Assembly: GCF_963921235.1 (NCBI RefSeq)
Contig: NC_086097.1
Span: 49,664,001-49,728,000 of the forward strand
Direction: 5' to 3'
From: Mobula hypostoma
Lineage: Eukaryota
DNA: 64,000 nucleotides
Part shown: piece by piece, positions 10,890-22,799 of the stretch
How the letters are laid out: each line of letters opens with the position of its first letter
Position numbering within the stretch: position 1 is the first letter of the stretch
Notes under the pieces: model-generated
The model's database searches: none
The model's input: only the letters and a program-made list of their open reading frames with translations
What the model was told of the DNA's origin: nothing
Position numbers and translations under genes: made by a program

Positions 10890-11660
10890 CAAAGAATGCA
10901 TTTAAGATCTACCCCATCCGTTTTGGCTCCACACATGGATTACCATTCTAATCTGTCAGAGGACCAGTTTTGGCCCTGGCAATCCTTTTGCTCTTAATAT
11001 ACCTGTAGACTTTCCTGTAGATTCTCCTTCAGCTTGTCTGCTAGAAGAACTTCATTCTTTCTTTTAGCCTTCCTGATTTCTTTCTTAAGTGTTCTCTTGT
11101 ATTTCCTGTACTCCATAAGCACCTCATTTGCTCCTACCTACCTGTACCTGCTATGTATCTCTTTTTTTTCTCTTAACCAGGGCCTCAATATCTCTTGAAA
11201 ACCAATATTCGCTAGACTTGTTATCTTTACCTTTCATTCTGACAGGCACATACAAGCTTTGAACTTTCTATGTTTTGTTTTTGAAGGCCTCCCACTTACC
11301 AAGTACACCTATGCTAGAAAAGAGCCTGTCCCAGTACACACTGGTCAGATCATTTCTGATTCTGTCACAAGTGGCCTTATCTCCAATTTAGAATCTCAAC
11401 CCACAGACCAGACCTATCTTTTTGCATATGTACTTTGAAACTAATGGCATTGTGGTCACTGGATGCAAAATGTTTCCCTACACAAACTTCTGTTACCTGC
11501 CCTGTCTCATTCCCTGATACAGATTCAGCATTGCACACTCTCTCATTGGGACTTCTGCATTCTGATGAAGGAACCTCTCCTGAACACATTTAACAAACTC
11601 TATCCCATCTAGTCCTTTTACAGTACCTGTATAGGATTCCCAGTCAATATGTGGGAGGTT
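10890..11660 (-). mobile_element. CR1 LINE ORF2 fragment (endonuclease C-terminus and linker)
   Basis: GNETGQVTEVCVGKHFASSDHNAISF...VEILNWR. Confidence 0.8.
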
Positions 11661-11679
11661 AACTTAACAGTCAATATGT

Positions 11680-12737
11680 GTGATAACTGATTGTCAGATT
11701 GGAGGCTGGTGTCTAGTGTTGTGCCTCAGGGATCTGTACTGGGTCCAATGTTGTTTGTCATATATATTAATGATCTGGATGAAGGGGTGGTAAATTGGAT
11801 TAGTAAGTATGCAGATGATATTAAGATAGGTGGAGTTGTGGATAATGAAGTAGGTTTTCAAAGCTTGCAGAGAGATTTAGGCCAGTTAGAAGAGTGGGCT
11901 GAAAAATGGCAGATGCAGTTTAATGCTGATAAATGTGAGGTGCTACATTTTGGTAGGACTAATCAAAATAGGACATACATGGTAAATGGTAGGGCATTGA
12001 AGAATGCAGTAGAACAGAGGGATCTAGGAATAATGGTGCATAGTTCCCTGAAGGTGGAATCTCATGTGGAAAGGTTGGTGAAGAAAGCTTTTGGTATGCT
12101 GGCCTTTATTAATCAGAGCATTGAGTATAGGAGTTGGGATGTAATGTTGAAATTGTACAAGGTATTGGTAAGGCCAAATTTGGAGTATTGTGTACAGTTC
12201 TGGTCACCGAATTATAGGAAAGATGTCAACAAAATTGAGGGAGTACAGAGAAGATTTACTAGAACGTTACCTGGGTTTCATCTCCTAAGTTACAGAGAAA
12301 GGTTGAACAAGTTGGGTCTTTATTCTTTGGAGCATAGAAGGTTGAGGGGGGACTTGATAGAGGTATTTAAAATTATGAGGGGGATAGACAGAGTTGATGT
12401 GAGTAGACTTTTTCCATTGAGAGTGGGGGAGATTCAAACAAGAGGACATGAGTTGACAGTTAAAGGGCAAAAGTTTAGGGGTAACATGAGGGGGAACTTC
12501 TTTACTCAGAGAGTGATAGCTGTGTGGAACGAACTTCCAGCAGAATTGGTTGAGGCAGGTTCGATGTTGTCATTTAAAGTTAAATTGGATATATATATGG
12601 ACAGGAAAGGAATGGAGGGTTATGGGCTGAGTGCAGGTCGGTGGGACTAGGTGAGAGTAAGAGTTCGGCATGGACTAGAAGGGCCGAGATGGCCTGTTTC
12701 TGTGCTGTAATTCTTGTATGGTTATATATATGGTTAT
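11680..12737 (+). mobile_element. CR1 LINE 3' fragment with open RT C-terminal ORF (11691-12650)
   Basis: [50 protein letters not shown]; 3' UTR GGCCTGTTTCTGTGCTGT and TATGGT-type tail. Confidence 0.95.
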
Positions 12738-12937
12738 AAGTTGCAGAATGTGGGCCTCTATACCTCCCTCTGCAATTGGATCCTCAAGTTCCTAACAAGA
12801 AGACCACAATCCATGCAGATTGGTGATAACATCTCCTCCTCACTGACGATCAACACTGGCGCACCTCGGGTGTGTGCTTAGCCCACTGCTCTGCTCTCTA
12901 TATACACATGACTGTGTGGCTAGGCATAGCTCAAATA

Positions 12938-14504
12938 CAGGTTTCCCCTGCCATCCGAAGGTAGAGCGTTCCTATGAAACGATTCGTAAGCCGGAATGTC
13001 GTAAAGCGAAGAAGCAATTACCATTTATTTATATGGGATAATTTTGTGAGCGTACGCAGACCCAAAATTAACCTACCAAATGATGGCAAATAACACATTA
13101 AATCTAAAATAACAGTAACATGTAGTAAAAGCAGGAATGATATGATAAATACACAGCTTATATAAAGTAGAAATACTTTTCCACAATCATTGCCTGAACT
13201 GTTCTCGGTAGCGAAAATCTCACGCAAACGCTGTCGGCAAAAACACTGCGCAAGCACTCTCCAGTAACCTTTAAGCTATGAAGCTGCCAAATCATACCAA
13301 ATAACACATAAAAATACACAGCCGATATAAAGTAGAAATAATGTTTGTACAGTGTACTATCACTTACCGGAATTGGGAAAGGGCGGAGCACACTGATGAT
13401 GGTGTGTTAGACTGAGTTGTCGGAGTTTGGGTGGTGCAGTGGCCCCCACCCTCCAGGCCACCGAGTGATACATTGCCGCGAAGCATGCAGTGGTACAGCG
13501 GTAGCCAGGACGCATCCAGCACATCTTTAAGAAAAAAGCCAAAATAAACATGCTAATTAATTAGGTGCCGCCTGGCACGTAATTGGCGGCCCAGATCAGT
13601 GCCGATTGCCGATTGTGTGGCCTCTGATCTGGGCCGACAATTACATGTCGGGCGGCACCTAATTAATTAGCATGTTTATTTCGGCTTTTTTCTTAAAGAT
13701 GTGCTGTGTGTCTCCCAGCTACTGCTGAATTCTCCACGAATCGGTATCTGTTCGCGGCCTGGGTGTTGGGGTGGTGGGATACTGGGGTGTCATCTCGTCG
13801 TCTGTTTCCATTAGAGCAGGCAACTCATCTTCTCCTATGACTGCCCGCCTCGATGTCGAAGGTCGAGGTTCATCGTTTGCTGTGGCTGATGTGGAAGGCT
13901 TGCTTGACTGCTGAGCCTCGCGCATTTTTAGATCATACAGTTCTTTGTAAGCACTCAAACCATCCTGCAAATATCCCCTAAACCGACATACCCCTTCAAA
14001 ATTAAAGTCGCACTTTATCATTACTCATTCAGTTTCGATTCTTCTCCTTTCTTCTTCCAATTGCATCAGCTCTTCATCTATCAGTTCTTGGTCATGGGAT
14101 GCCAAAACCTCTTCAACATCATCTTCATCATCTTCCACAAGCCAAACTCACTTTGTCCTTACTTCGTTCACCACAATCAAAGCACTTAATTATGTCTAGT
14201 TTTACCGTAAGTGTAACCCCCCTACAAGCTCTTTCAGGCTTTTCCGATACCTTAGAACTCATCTTGCAAATGGCTGCTCACAGGCACGTGTTTAAGCAAT
14301 GCCGGCAAGAATGCTGTTCCGAATCTGGGGGAGAGCGGCTGCTCGGGACGCGTGCTGCCTTTTAACGTGCGCTGATTTTTTTCGCGCGCTGCTTTTTTCG
14401 TAACAGTGAAAACACCTTCTGTTAGCGAAAACAGGGTACTAATGTAGGTCTTTCGTAACAGTGAGGTTTCGTAAAGTGAACTTTCAAAAAGCGGGGGACA
14501 CCTG
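12938..14504 (-). mobile_element. Tigger/pogo-derived non-autonomous DNA transposon, copy 2, with TA target duplication
   Basis: TA|CAGGTTTCCCCTGCC...GCGGGGGACACCTG|TA. Same transposase remnant and internal hairpin (13501-13599 and 13624-13722) as copy 1. Inserted in the Rex1 RT region. Confidence 0.9.
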
Positions 14505-15574
14505 TACTAAATTTGCTGACAATACAACCATTGTTGGTAGAATCTCAAGAGGTGATGACAGGGCGTACAGGAGTGAAATATAACAACTGGTGGAATGGTG
14601 TCACAGCAACAACCTGGCACTCAACGTCAGTAAGACAAAAGAGCTGATTGTGGACTTCTGGAAGGGTAAGACAAAGGAACACGTACCAATCCTCATGCAG
14701 GGATCAGAAGTGGAAAGAGTGAGCAGTTTCAAGTTCCTGGGTGTCAAGATCTCTTAGGATCTAACCTGGTCCAAACATATTAATGCAGTTATAAAGAAGG
14801 CAAGACAGTGGCTATATTTCATTCGGAGTTTGAAGAGATTTGGTATGTCAACAAATACACTCAAAAACTTCTATAGCTGTACCGTGGAGAGCATTCTGAC
14901 AGGCTGCGTCACTCTCTGGTATGAGAGGCTACTGCACAGGACCGAAAGAAGCTACAGAAGGTTGTAAATTTAGTTGAGTCCATCTTGGGTACTAGCTTAC
15001 AAAGTACAGTACATCTTCAAGGAGCAGTGTCTCAGAACGTCAGCGTCCATTATTAAGGACCTCCAGCGCCCAGGGCATGTCCTTTTCTCACTGTTACGAT
15101 CAGGTAGGAGGTACAGAAGCCTGAAGGTACACACTCAGCAATTCAGGAACAGTTTCTTCCCCTCTCCCATCCAATTCCTAAATGGACATTGAACCCTTGA
15201 ACACTACCTCACTTATTTTAATACATATTATTTCTGAGTTTTTGCACAATTTTTAAATGATTTTTAATCTATTCAATATAAGTTTACTGTAATTTATTTA
15301 TTTATTTATTGTTCTTTTTTTCCCTTTTATATTATGTATTGCATTGAACTGCTGCTGCTAAGTTAACAAATTTCACGACACATGCCAGTGATGATAAAGC
15401 TGATTCTGATTCTGAATCCCCTTCCATCTCTAAAGTAGCATTAGTGAATATATTCACAGCTTTTTGATTGCTATTGCTGGCACCAGATTCAATTGGTAGA
15501 CATTATTTCAAAATAAAATCAAAATTCTCAAACAATCCTGGTGGAAGTGAATTTTCAATTAATGTCCAGGGTAA

Positions 15575-15807
15575 ACTCAGGAGATTCTGCAGATGCTGGA
15601 AATCTTGACCAAAGTTCACAAAATGTGAGAACTCAGCAAGTCAGCCAGCATTTATGGAAGGAATAAAAAGCTGAGGTTTCAGGCCAAGACCCTTCATCAG
15701 GACTGGAAAGGAACTGGCAGATGCTGATTAAGTGTTTTGGCCTGAAGCATTGATTGTTCCACTCTAAAGATGCTGCCTGACTTGCTCAGTTCCTTCAGCA
15801 TTTTGTT
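15575..15807. repeat. Inverted pair of Penelope terminal repeats
   Basis: Minus-strand copy with CTGATGA..GAAA at 15670-15706, followed directly by a decayed plus-strand copy starting ~15722. Confidence 0.75.
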
Positions 15808-16109
15808 AATCTCCTGGGTAACACAAGATCTACTCTGTTAAATTATCCTACCATTTCACCATAATCTCATCATTTTCTCCGGGGATGGAAGAATTTATAA
15901 AGCACTCCCACATAGCTCCAGGTCTGAGAAATTTCACTAAGCACACCTTCTCAGTTAGTTCGGTTATCTAAGCGGGCAGGACGAAGGAAAATCAAAAGGT
16001 GGTTGCTGAAAATAAATTCAAAAGCACACTTAAAAACTTACTTGTAGAAACTCATTCAAAACAATGAAACAACAAGCAAACAAGCCACTGGGTGGGACTA
16101 CAACCTGAG

Positions 16110-16350
16110 GTCTGAGTTGAGCATGAAAGGTGAAAAGTTTAAGGGGAACATGAGGGGTAACTTCGTCATTTAGAGGGTCATGAGAGTGTGTAATGAGCTG
16201 CCAGCACAAGAAGTTTGGATAGATACATATATCATGGGGTATGGAGGACTATGGTTCCGTTGCAGGTCAATGGGAGTAGGCAGTTTAAACGGTTTGGTAT
16301 GGGCTAGATGGGCCAAAGGACCAGTTTCTGTGCTGTAATTTTCTATGACT
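16110..16350 (+). mobile_element. CR1 3' end fragment
   Basis: KGEKFKGNMRGNF-coding sequence and CR1 3' UTR similar to 12460-12720. Confidence 0.8.
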
Positions 16351-16510
16351 CAAAGACTCTAAAGTTATGCTTGTAAGTATCCTTGTAAACATCAAGTATC
16401 ATTACAATATTTTTATTTACAAAATATAGCTTTTTACTTTCTTCGGGTCATGATGTTTAAGATGTCCTGTTCAGAGCTAAGCACTTCCAAGATGGAACAG
16501 TAACCGAGTA

Positions 16511-16817
16511 CAGGCTGTCCTCAAGTTAAAAAACATGTTCCTTTTTTTTACAAATGTCCATAAGCTGATTTCGTCTATAAGTCAAAAAAATACATATGGT
16601 GGCTATGCCTGTACAGTATTGTCACAAATGGCATAAAAAGCACATAAAACTGATATAGAAGGAACAATTATAAATGTAGAGTGAGAGGAAAGTAGTTCTA
16701 CTGTTCATAGGAACAAATATATCTATGCACTTCGAACATTTGAATTTGATAATATTAAAGGTGTTTGTTCATATCTAGTGTCCCTGAGTCAGGCATTCGT
16801 AACTCGGGATCAGCTTG
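16511..16817. mobile_element. Tigger-type MITE (decayed)
   Basis: TA|CAGGCTGTCCTCAAGTTA...TAACTCGGGATCAGCTTG|TG imperfect TIRs; non-coding, ~300 bp. Confidence 0.5.
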
Positions 16818-16960
16818 TGCAGCATTTAGAACTTAAATTTAGTCAAATATTAGGTCAGGTATCAAGAAAATTGACATGAATATCAGACTACCATGAATTC
16901 CCACTTCCTAACTGTAGAGAGAGAGATTGTTATAGTCCCTCCAAATGGCATTTAAGATTT

Positions 16961-17253
16961 TCTCTTCTTTCTTTCTTTCTTTATTCAGCTACAGTGCACG
17001 ATAGGCTCTTCCGGCCCTTCGAGCCACACCGCCCAACAACCCCCCCCCGATTTAATCTGAGCCTAATCACGGGACAATTTACAATGACCAATTAACACAA
17101 CAATCTGTATGTCTTTGGACTGTGGGAGGAAACCAGAGCACCTGGAGGAAACCCACGCAGTCACGGGGAGAATGTAGAAACTCCCTACAGACAGTGGCAG
17201 GAATTAAACCTGGGTCGTGTGTCGTGTGTTCTGCCAGCCATTACACTACTGTG
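16961..17253 (-). mobile_element. tRNA-derived V-type (HE1-like) SINE with CR1-like tail
   Basis: GTCTTTGGACTGTGGGAGGAAACCAGAGCACCTGGAGGAAACCCACGCA central domain (plus reading); CR1-type 3' end and (TTTC)n tail. Confidence 0.8.
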
Positions 17254-18625
17254 CAAAATACTACTTATTATCAAGACCAAGAAACATGCTGCTTTAATTG
17301 GCTCTTTCATACACTGGTTTTAAAATAATTTTGATTAATTAGTAGATCCCTTCCTAGTTATACCACTACAGACATTATTGTAACGGTCTGTTTCTAGTAT
17401 ATTTAAATCATCACTTCTGTAACTGATCCTTACCAATCAGTAGCTTAATTTTATCTAGATCAAAGCTTTCATACAACCATAGCCCATAGCCTTTGAGTTT
17501 ACCATAACTAATAGCTTGCTTCTGTTGCCCTTCCTCAATTCAGCAAAGATCATGTCTATGCTGCTTCAGCTATTTCCATATGCTCTCTCATGCTTTGTGC
17601 CAGGACCAGCCTCCTTTCTACAAACTTCCAGTTATACATCCTGTAGACTGGGATCAGTCTTTGAAAAGACAGCTTGAGGGAGAAAGGATAGGGCTTAAAG
17701 AATAAGAACACTAATCCATTATCAAGTATTACTCTGATGATGTTTTCTAAATACAAAGACAAAGTTGCAAAGTACTGATGGACTTGCCCCACTGTGAAAT
17801 GTGGAGAGATGGCATGAATGCCAAATCTGTAGCCCAATCCAATTTGCCCTTGGATACACAAACGTCTCCTATCAGCTGATGTGTTGAGCAAGAGCAGCTG
17901 TGCTGTGGAAAATGCACACTTTCTCTCACCTACTCTTTGGCAAATGGATCTACAGCTGTGAGGTGACAGCAAAAGAAAGGAGACCTAAATAGAAACCCCC
18001 ATTTCAGAAACACCTTCTCCCCTCACAGGAAGCTTCACAAAATCTATGAATCCATGTAAACTACTTTGTCTGAAATTAGTGTTAAGAATATTCCTTCACC
18101 TGAAAGATTACCTGATTATGACTTGCAAAACTGCCAAGGCACTTCGTCTGCTGTGAACACGGCAATATATACTGAATTAACATTCACATGCCAAATGGAG
18201 TAAAACAGAGATATTTGTTATACCGTAAAATCCCATCAACTAAAAGAAACTTAGAATTTTAACTCTTTAAGGTAGATTTTCTAACTCTTTCATATGACAA
18301 GAAATCTTAGTCACCATAATCATGAATTGTAAAATCCACAAATTTGTCATGCCTGATCAGAGCATTAAAAACTTCGTACTCTCTATGTACAACTATGTAT
18401 CTAACATTACATACTACGAATCCCTAGGATAGCATGTTCAAAACCAAAATTATGTTACTGTGGAAATAAATTCATTTACCTCATATTAAGAAAGAAAACT
18501 CACAAGTGTTACAACAAGCATATTTTAAGTGTTTATGGAGAAAAACTAATTGCCAACATAGCATTTGTGCTGTTGATTGTGTCTCCTGCTTCAATCTTAA
18601 TTTATGAGATGAAATATAAGATACT

Positions 18626-19763
18626 TAGAACATAGAAAACCTACAGCACGGTACAGGCCCTTCGGCCCACAATACTGTGCCGAACATGTACTTACTTTAG
18701 AAATTACCTAGGGTTACCCACAGCCCACTATTTTTCTAAGCTCCAGGTGCCTATCCAGGAGTCTCTTAAAAGACCCTATCGTATCCGCCTCCACCACCAT
18801 TGCCGGCAGCCCTTTCCGCGCACTCACCACTCTCTCCTTAAAAAACTTACCCCTGACATCTCCTCTGTACCTGCTTCCAAGCACCTTAAAACTGTGCCCT
18901 CTTACGTTCGCCATTTCAGCCCTGGGAAAAAGCCTTTGACTATCTACACAATCAATGCCTCTCATCATCTTGTACACCTCTATCAGGTCACCTCTCATCC
19001 TCCATTGCTCCAAGGAGAAAAGGCCAAGTTCACTCAACCTATTCTCATAAGGCATGTTCCCCAATCCAGGCAACATCCTTGTAAATCTTCTTTGCACCCT
19101 TTCTATGGTTTCCACAGCCTTCCTGTAGTGATGTGACCAGAACTGAGCACAGTACTCCAAGTGGGGTCTGACCAGGGTCCTATATAGCTGCAACATTACC
19201 TCTCGGCTCCTAAACTCAATCCCACAATTGATGAAGGACAATGCACCATATGCCTTCTTAACTACAGAGTCAAGCTGCATAGCAGCTTTGAGTGTCCTAT
19301 GGACTCAGACCCCAAGATCCCTCTGATCCTCCACACTGCCAAGAGTCTGACCATTAATACTATATTCTGTCATCATATTTGACCTACCAAAATGAACCAC
19401 CTCACATTTATCCGGGTTGATCCAGGATTATCCCTCGGCCACTTCTCAACCCAGTTTTGTATCCGATCAATGTCCTTCCACACTATCCACAACACCCCCA
19501 ACCTTTGTGTCATCAGCAAATTTACTAACCTATCCCTCCACTTCCTCATCCAGGTCATTTATAAAAATCACGAAGAGTAGGGGTCCCAGAACAGATCCCT
19601 GAGGCACACCACTGGTCACTGACCTCCATGCAGAATATGACCCATCTACAACCACTCTTTGCCTTCTGTGGGAAGGCCAGTTCTGGATCCACAAAGCAGT
19701 GTCCCCTTGGATCCCATGTCTTCTTACTTTTTCAATAAGCCTTGCATGGGGTACCTTATCAAA
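18626..19763 (-). mobile_element. CR1 LINE 3' fragment
   Basis: LVRPHLEYCAQFWS, RMRGDLIEVYK and [15 protein letters not shown] sequence; TTCTATGTTCTA tail. Confidence 0.95.
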
Positions 19764-19789
19764 TTAATGAAATAAATGGCACCAATGGA

Positions 19790-20286
19790 AGTGTTCCTTA
19801 GGACCCTGAATGGTGGTGGGGGGGGGGCAATGTGGTGGTAGTCCTGTTATTTTAATGTTGGTCCATGAACCTTCTCTTTTCCCTCCCCCACCTTCGCAAT
19901 TTGCCCATCACGTACACCATCTTCCCTCCAGTTCCCTCCATCACCTCCTTCCCTCTATCCCATGGGCCACTGTCCTCTCCTATTAAATTGCTTCTTCTTC
20001 AGCCCTTTGTCACCTCCATGCCTCACCTCCCAGCTTCTTACCCTGCTCTCCCCCTACCCTCATCTACCTATCTTCCCCCCTTCACCTGGGTCCACATATC
20101 ATCTGCCAGAACTTGCTCTACACCTACCCCCCTCCCCCTCCCCCCCCCCACCATTTCATTCTGGCCTCTGCCCTCATTTTTTTCCAGTCCTGATGAAGGG
20201 TCTTGGCATGAAACATCAATCATTCATTTCCATCCATTAAGGCTGTTTGACCTTCTGAGTTCCTCCAGCATTCTGTGTGTTGCTTA
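19790..20286 (+). mobile_element. Penelope 3' region with decayed hammerhead motif (20185-20220)
   Basis: Pyrimidine-rich UTR, then CAGTC-CTGATGA-AGGGTCTTGGCAT-GAAACATC, similar to 49270-49727. Confidence 0.75.
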
Positions 20287-22799
20287 AAAAAGTAATCTAA
20301 TATTATTTGTAACAGTGGTAATATTAGTATAAGATCATGATTAATACCGTACCTGTTTTAACAGCCAGCTGTTTAGGGAAATCAATGCCATAAGATTTTC
20401 TCCTTAATATAAAGTCCACCACTGTGTCCTTTCTTTATCACTTACATCACTGCGGGGCGGGAGGGGGGGGTCTGGATAAAACTGGAAACATCCATGCAAA
20501 TGCAAGAACAAAATGCACAAAATGTTAATCAGTTAAGCAGCCTCCGAGTATTACTCCAATCATTTAAAGTACGAATAAGATCCAAGTGCCAAATCTGCAA
20601 TGTACTTTAAAATCTCTCCAGTTACACATATGGTTTAACCATCACCAGGTATTGTGGAACCATCCTAGGGTGCAAAAAAGGATCATAATGTTTTTACAGG
20701 GGCTGGAGAGCTATTCTCAAAAGCAGCTGCTTTCCAGCACAGTAAAATCCAGTTACAAACATTTAACTTTAATACAAACACCGAAGTCTGTATAGGAAAT
20801 TGGCCATGTAAGTGAAAATACTAACTCTCACTTCATGCCACTACAAAATGAATTATTTCCCTCTCTGAAACATCTGCTTTAAAAGAACTCTTTAACATAC
20901 CACAGCAGATGTCAGATTGTCTTTGCTGTTACAAACATTTTTTATTGTGACACTCCAAGAATGGCTTCACTTTCGGAAGGTCTGCCCTGCAAATAGTTTA
21001 TGCACAACAATTATTCTAATTGACAAATAAATTGTTTCAAACTTCTAACACATTATCTGTATCTTTGCATGGAGAGCAAAGAATGAAATACACAATTAAT
21101 TACCCTAATCTGCAAGAAAATCAAGTCTTATTTAAGTTATCAGCAAATCATTTCTAATTTCAATATCAGTTCTGCAACATGTTATCTTGGCCCTATTTGG
21201 AAAAAAAAAAGCGTCATTACTTAAGGAGTACTTTAGGAAGACTGAAAAATTCCAGCTGTATCATACATAGCTCCTAATGCAACTATTAATTGAGAGTTCT
21301 CGGCAGCAAGAGCCATGAAGGCTGAAAGGAATAATGAGAGAGACAAATGAAATGCAAACAGCAAGTGGGGGAGGGAATAGAGCGTGGAAATAGTTTAGGG
21401 AGGAAATGCATGCAGATATTTTAAATCCATGAGTACGAAATTAACTTACATCAAAAATCTACAAGTTTACATTTTATATAGTGCAGTTTATTTGCTTAGA
21501 AGTTGCAGTAGTGAGAGAAGAAAATAAAGGGAAAAGAGTTAAACAAAAATACATTGCCCAAAATTAACTCCATACAAGTAACAGGACAAAACAGTATCAT
21601 TAATTACAAAATTAATGTACCACCACTATCTGATTAGAATTAGTTCTGCTTGGTCTACACCTTAATTCATTGTTAAACTGAGGAAAACTAATTAAAGTAA
21701 ATGTTCTGGGCACTGTCTAAATATTTTAGGGCCATTAGTTCCTTGGAAATTAGCAGTTCAGTGTCTGGTGTGTTCAGGATACGGTGCTGTAATGACTGAA
21801 GTTTATACACTAATTTTCCAGTATATTTTATTGCAAGAAGTGCTGTAGGAAAGGCAGGTGAGCTCAAGGCATGCGTCAACATATGGAATTATGATATTGT
21901 AACTACTTGTGAGACTTGATTGCAGGAGGGGAAGGACCGGCAACTCAATATTCTGGGGCTCTGTTATTTTAGATGTGACAGAGCAGGAGGGATTAGAGGA
22001 GGAGGGGTGGTGTTACTCGCTAGGGAAAATGCCATGGCAGTGCTCAGTCAGAACAGACTGGAGGACTCATCTAGTGAGGCTTTATGGGTAGAAGTGAGGA
22101 ATAAAGAAGGGTATGATCATTTTAATGGGGCTATATTATAAATCACCCAATGGGCAGCATGATTCAGAGGAACAAATCTGTAGAGAGATCACAGACTGTT
22201 GGAAGAAACATAGGGCTGTTATAGTAGGTGATTTTAACTTTCCAAGTATTGACTCAAACTCCCATACTTTAAAAAGATTAGATAGGATAGAGTTTGTCAA
22301 ATGTGTTCAGGAAAGTTTTCTTGATCAGTACGTAGAAGTCCCAGAAACAGCATGCAATACTTGATCTGCTATTAGGGAATGAGATAAGGCAGGAGACAGA
22401 AGTTTGTAGAGAGGAACTCTGTATCTATTGATCATAGTGCTACTAGTTCCAATGTAATTAGGGAAAAAGATTGTTCTGGTCTGTGGGTTGAGATTCTAAA
22501 TTGGAGAAAAATTAATTTTGATGGTACCAGAAAGGATCTGGCAGGCGTGATTTGGGACAGGCTGCTTTCTGGCAAAAGTGTACTTTGGTATGTGGAAAGT
22601 CTTCAAAAGTGAAATTTTGAGAATACAAAGCTTGTGTGTGCCTGTCAGAATAAAAGGCAAGGATAACAGGTTTAGGGAACCCTGGTTTTCAGGAGATATT
22701 GACGGCCGGGTTAGGAAGAAAAGGAGTGTATAGCAGGTATAAGTAGGTCGGAACATTGAGGTACTCGAGGAGTACAAGAAATGCAAGAGAACACATAAG

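Larger units (their letters stand above)
10080..15414 (+). mobile_element. Rex1/Babar LINE in three pieces (10080-10721, 12738-12937, 14505-15414), split by nested insertions
   Basis: [57 protein letters not shown], which resumes as [16 protein letters not shown] at 12738; KFADNTT at ~14509; LRSGRRYRSL...FRNSFFP; ends ATAAAGCTGATTCTGATTCTGA. Confidence 0.88.

Noticed and set aside
17556..17972. 138-aa minus ORF with faint BTB-like words (FPQHS, RMYNWK, VLA.....HM), plus an AA/SYFHM word on the plus strand; tempting because ZBTB genes neighbour AKT genes
   Set aside because: Similar-looking words occur on both strands and need frameshifts and wrong spacing, so chance is likely. A profile-HMM search of all six frames would settle it.
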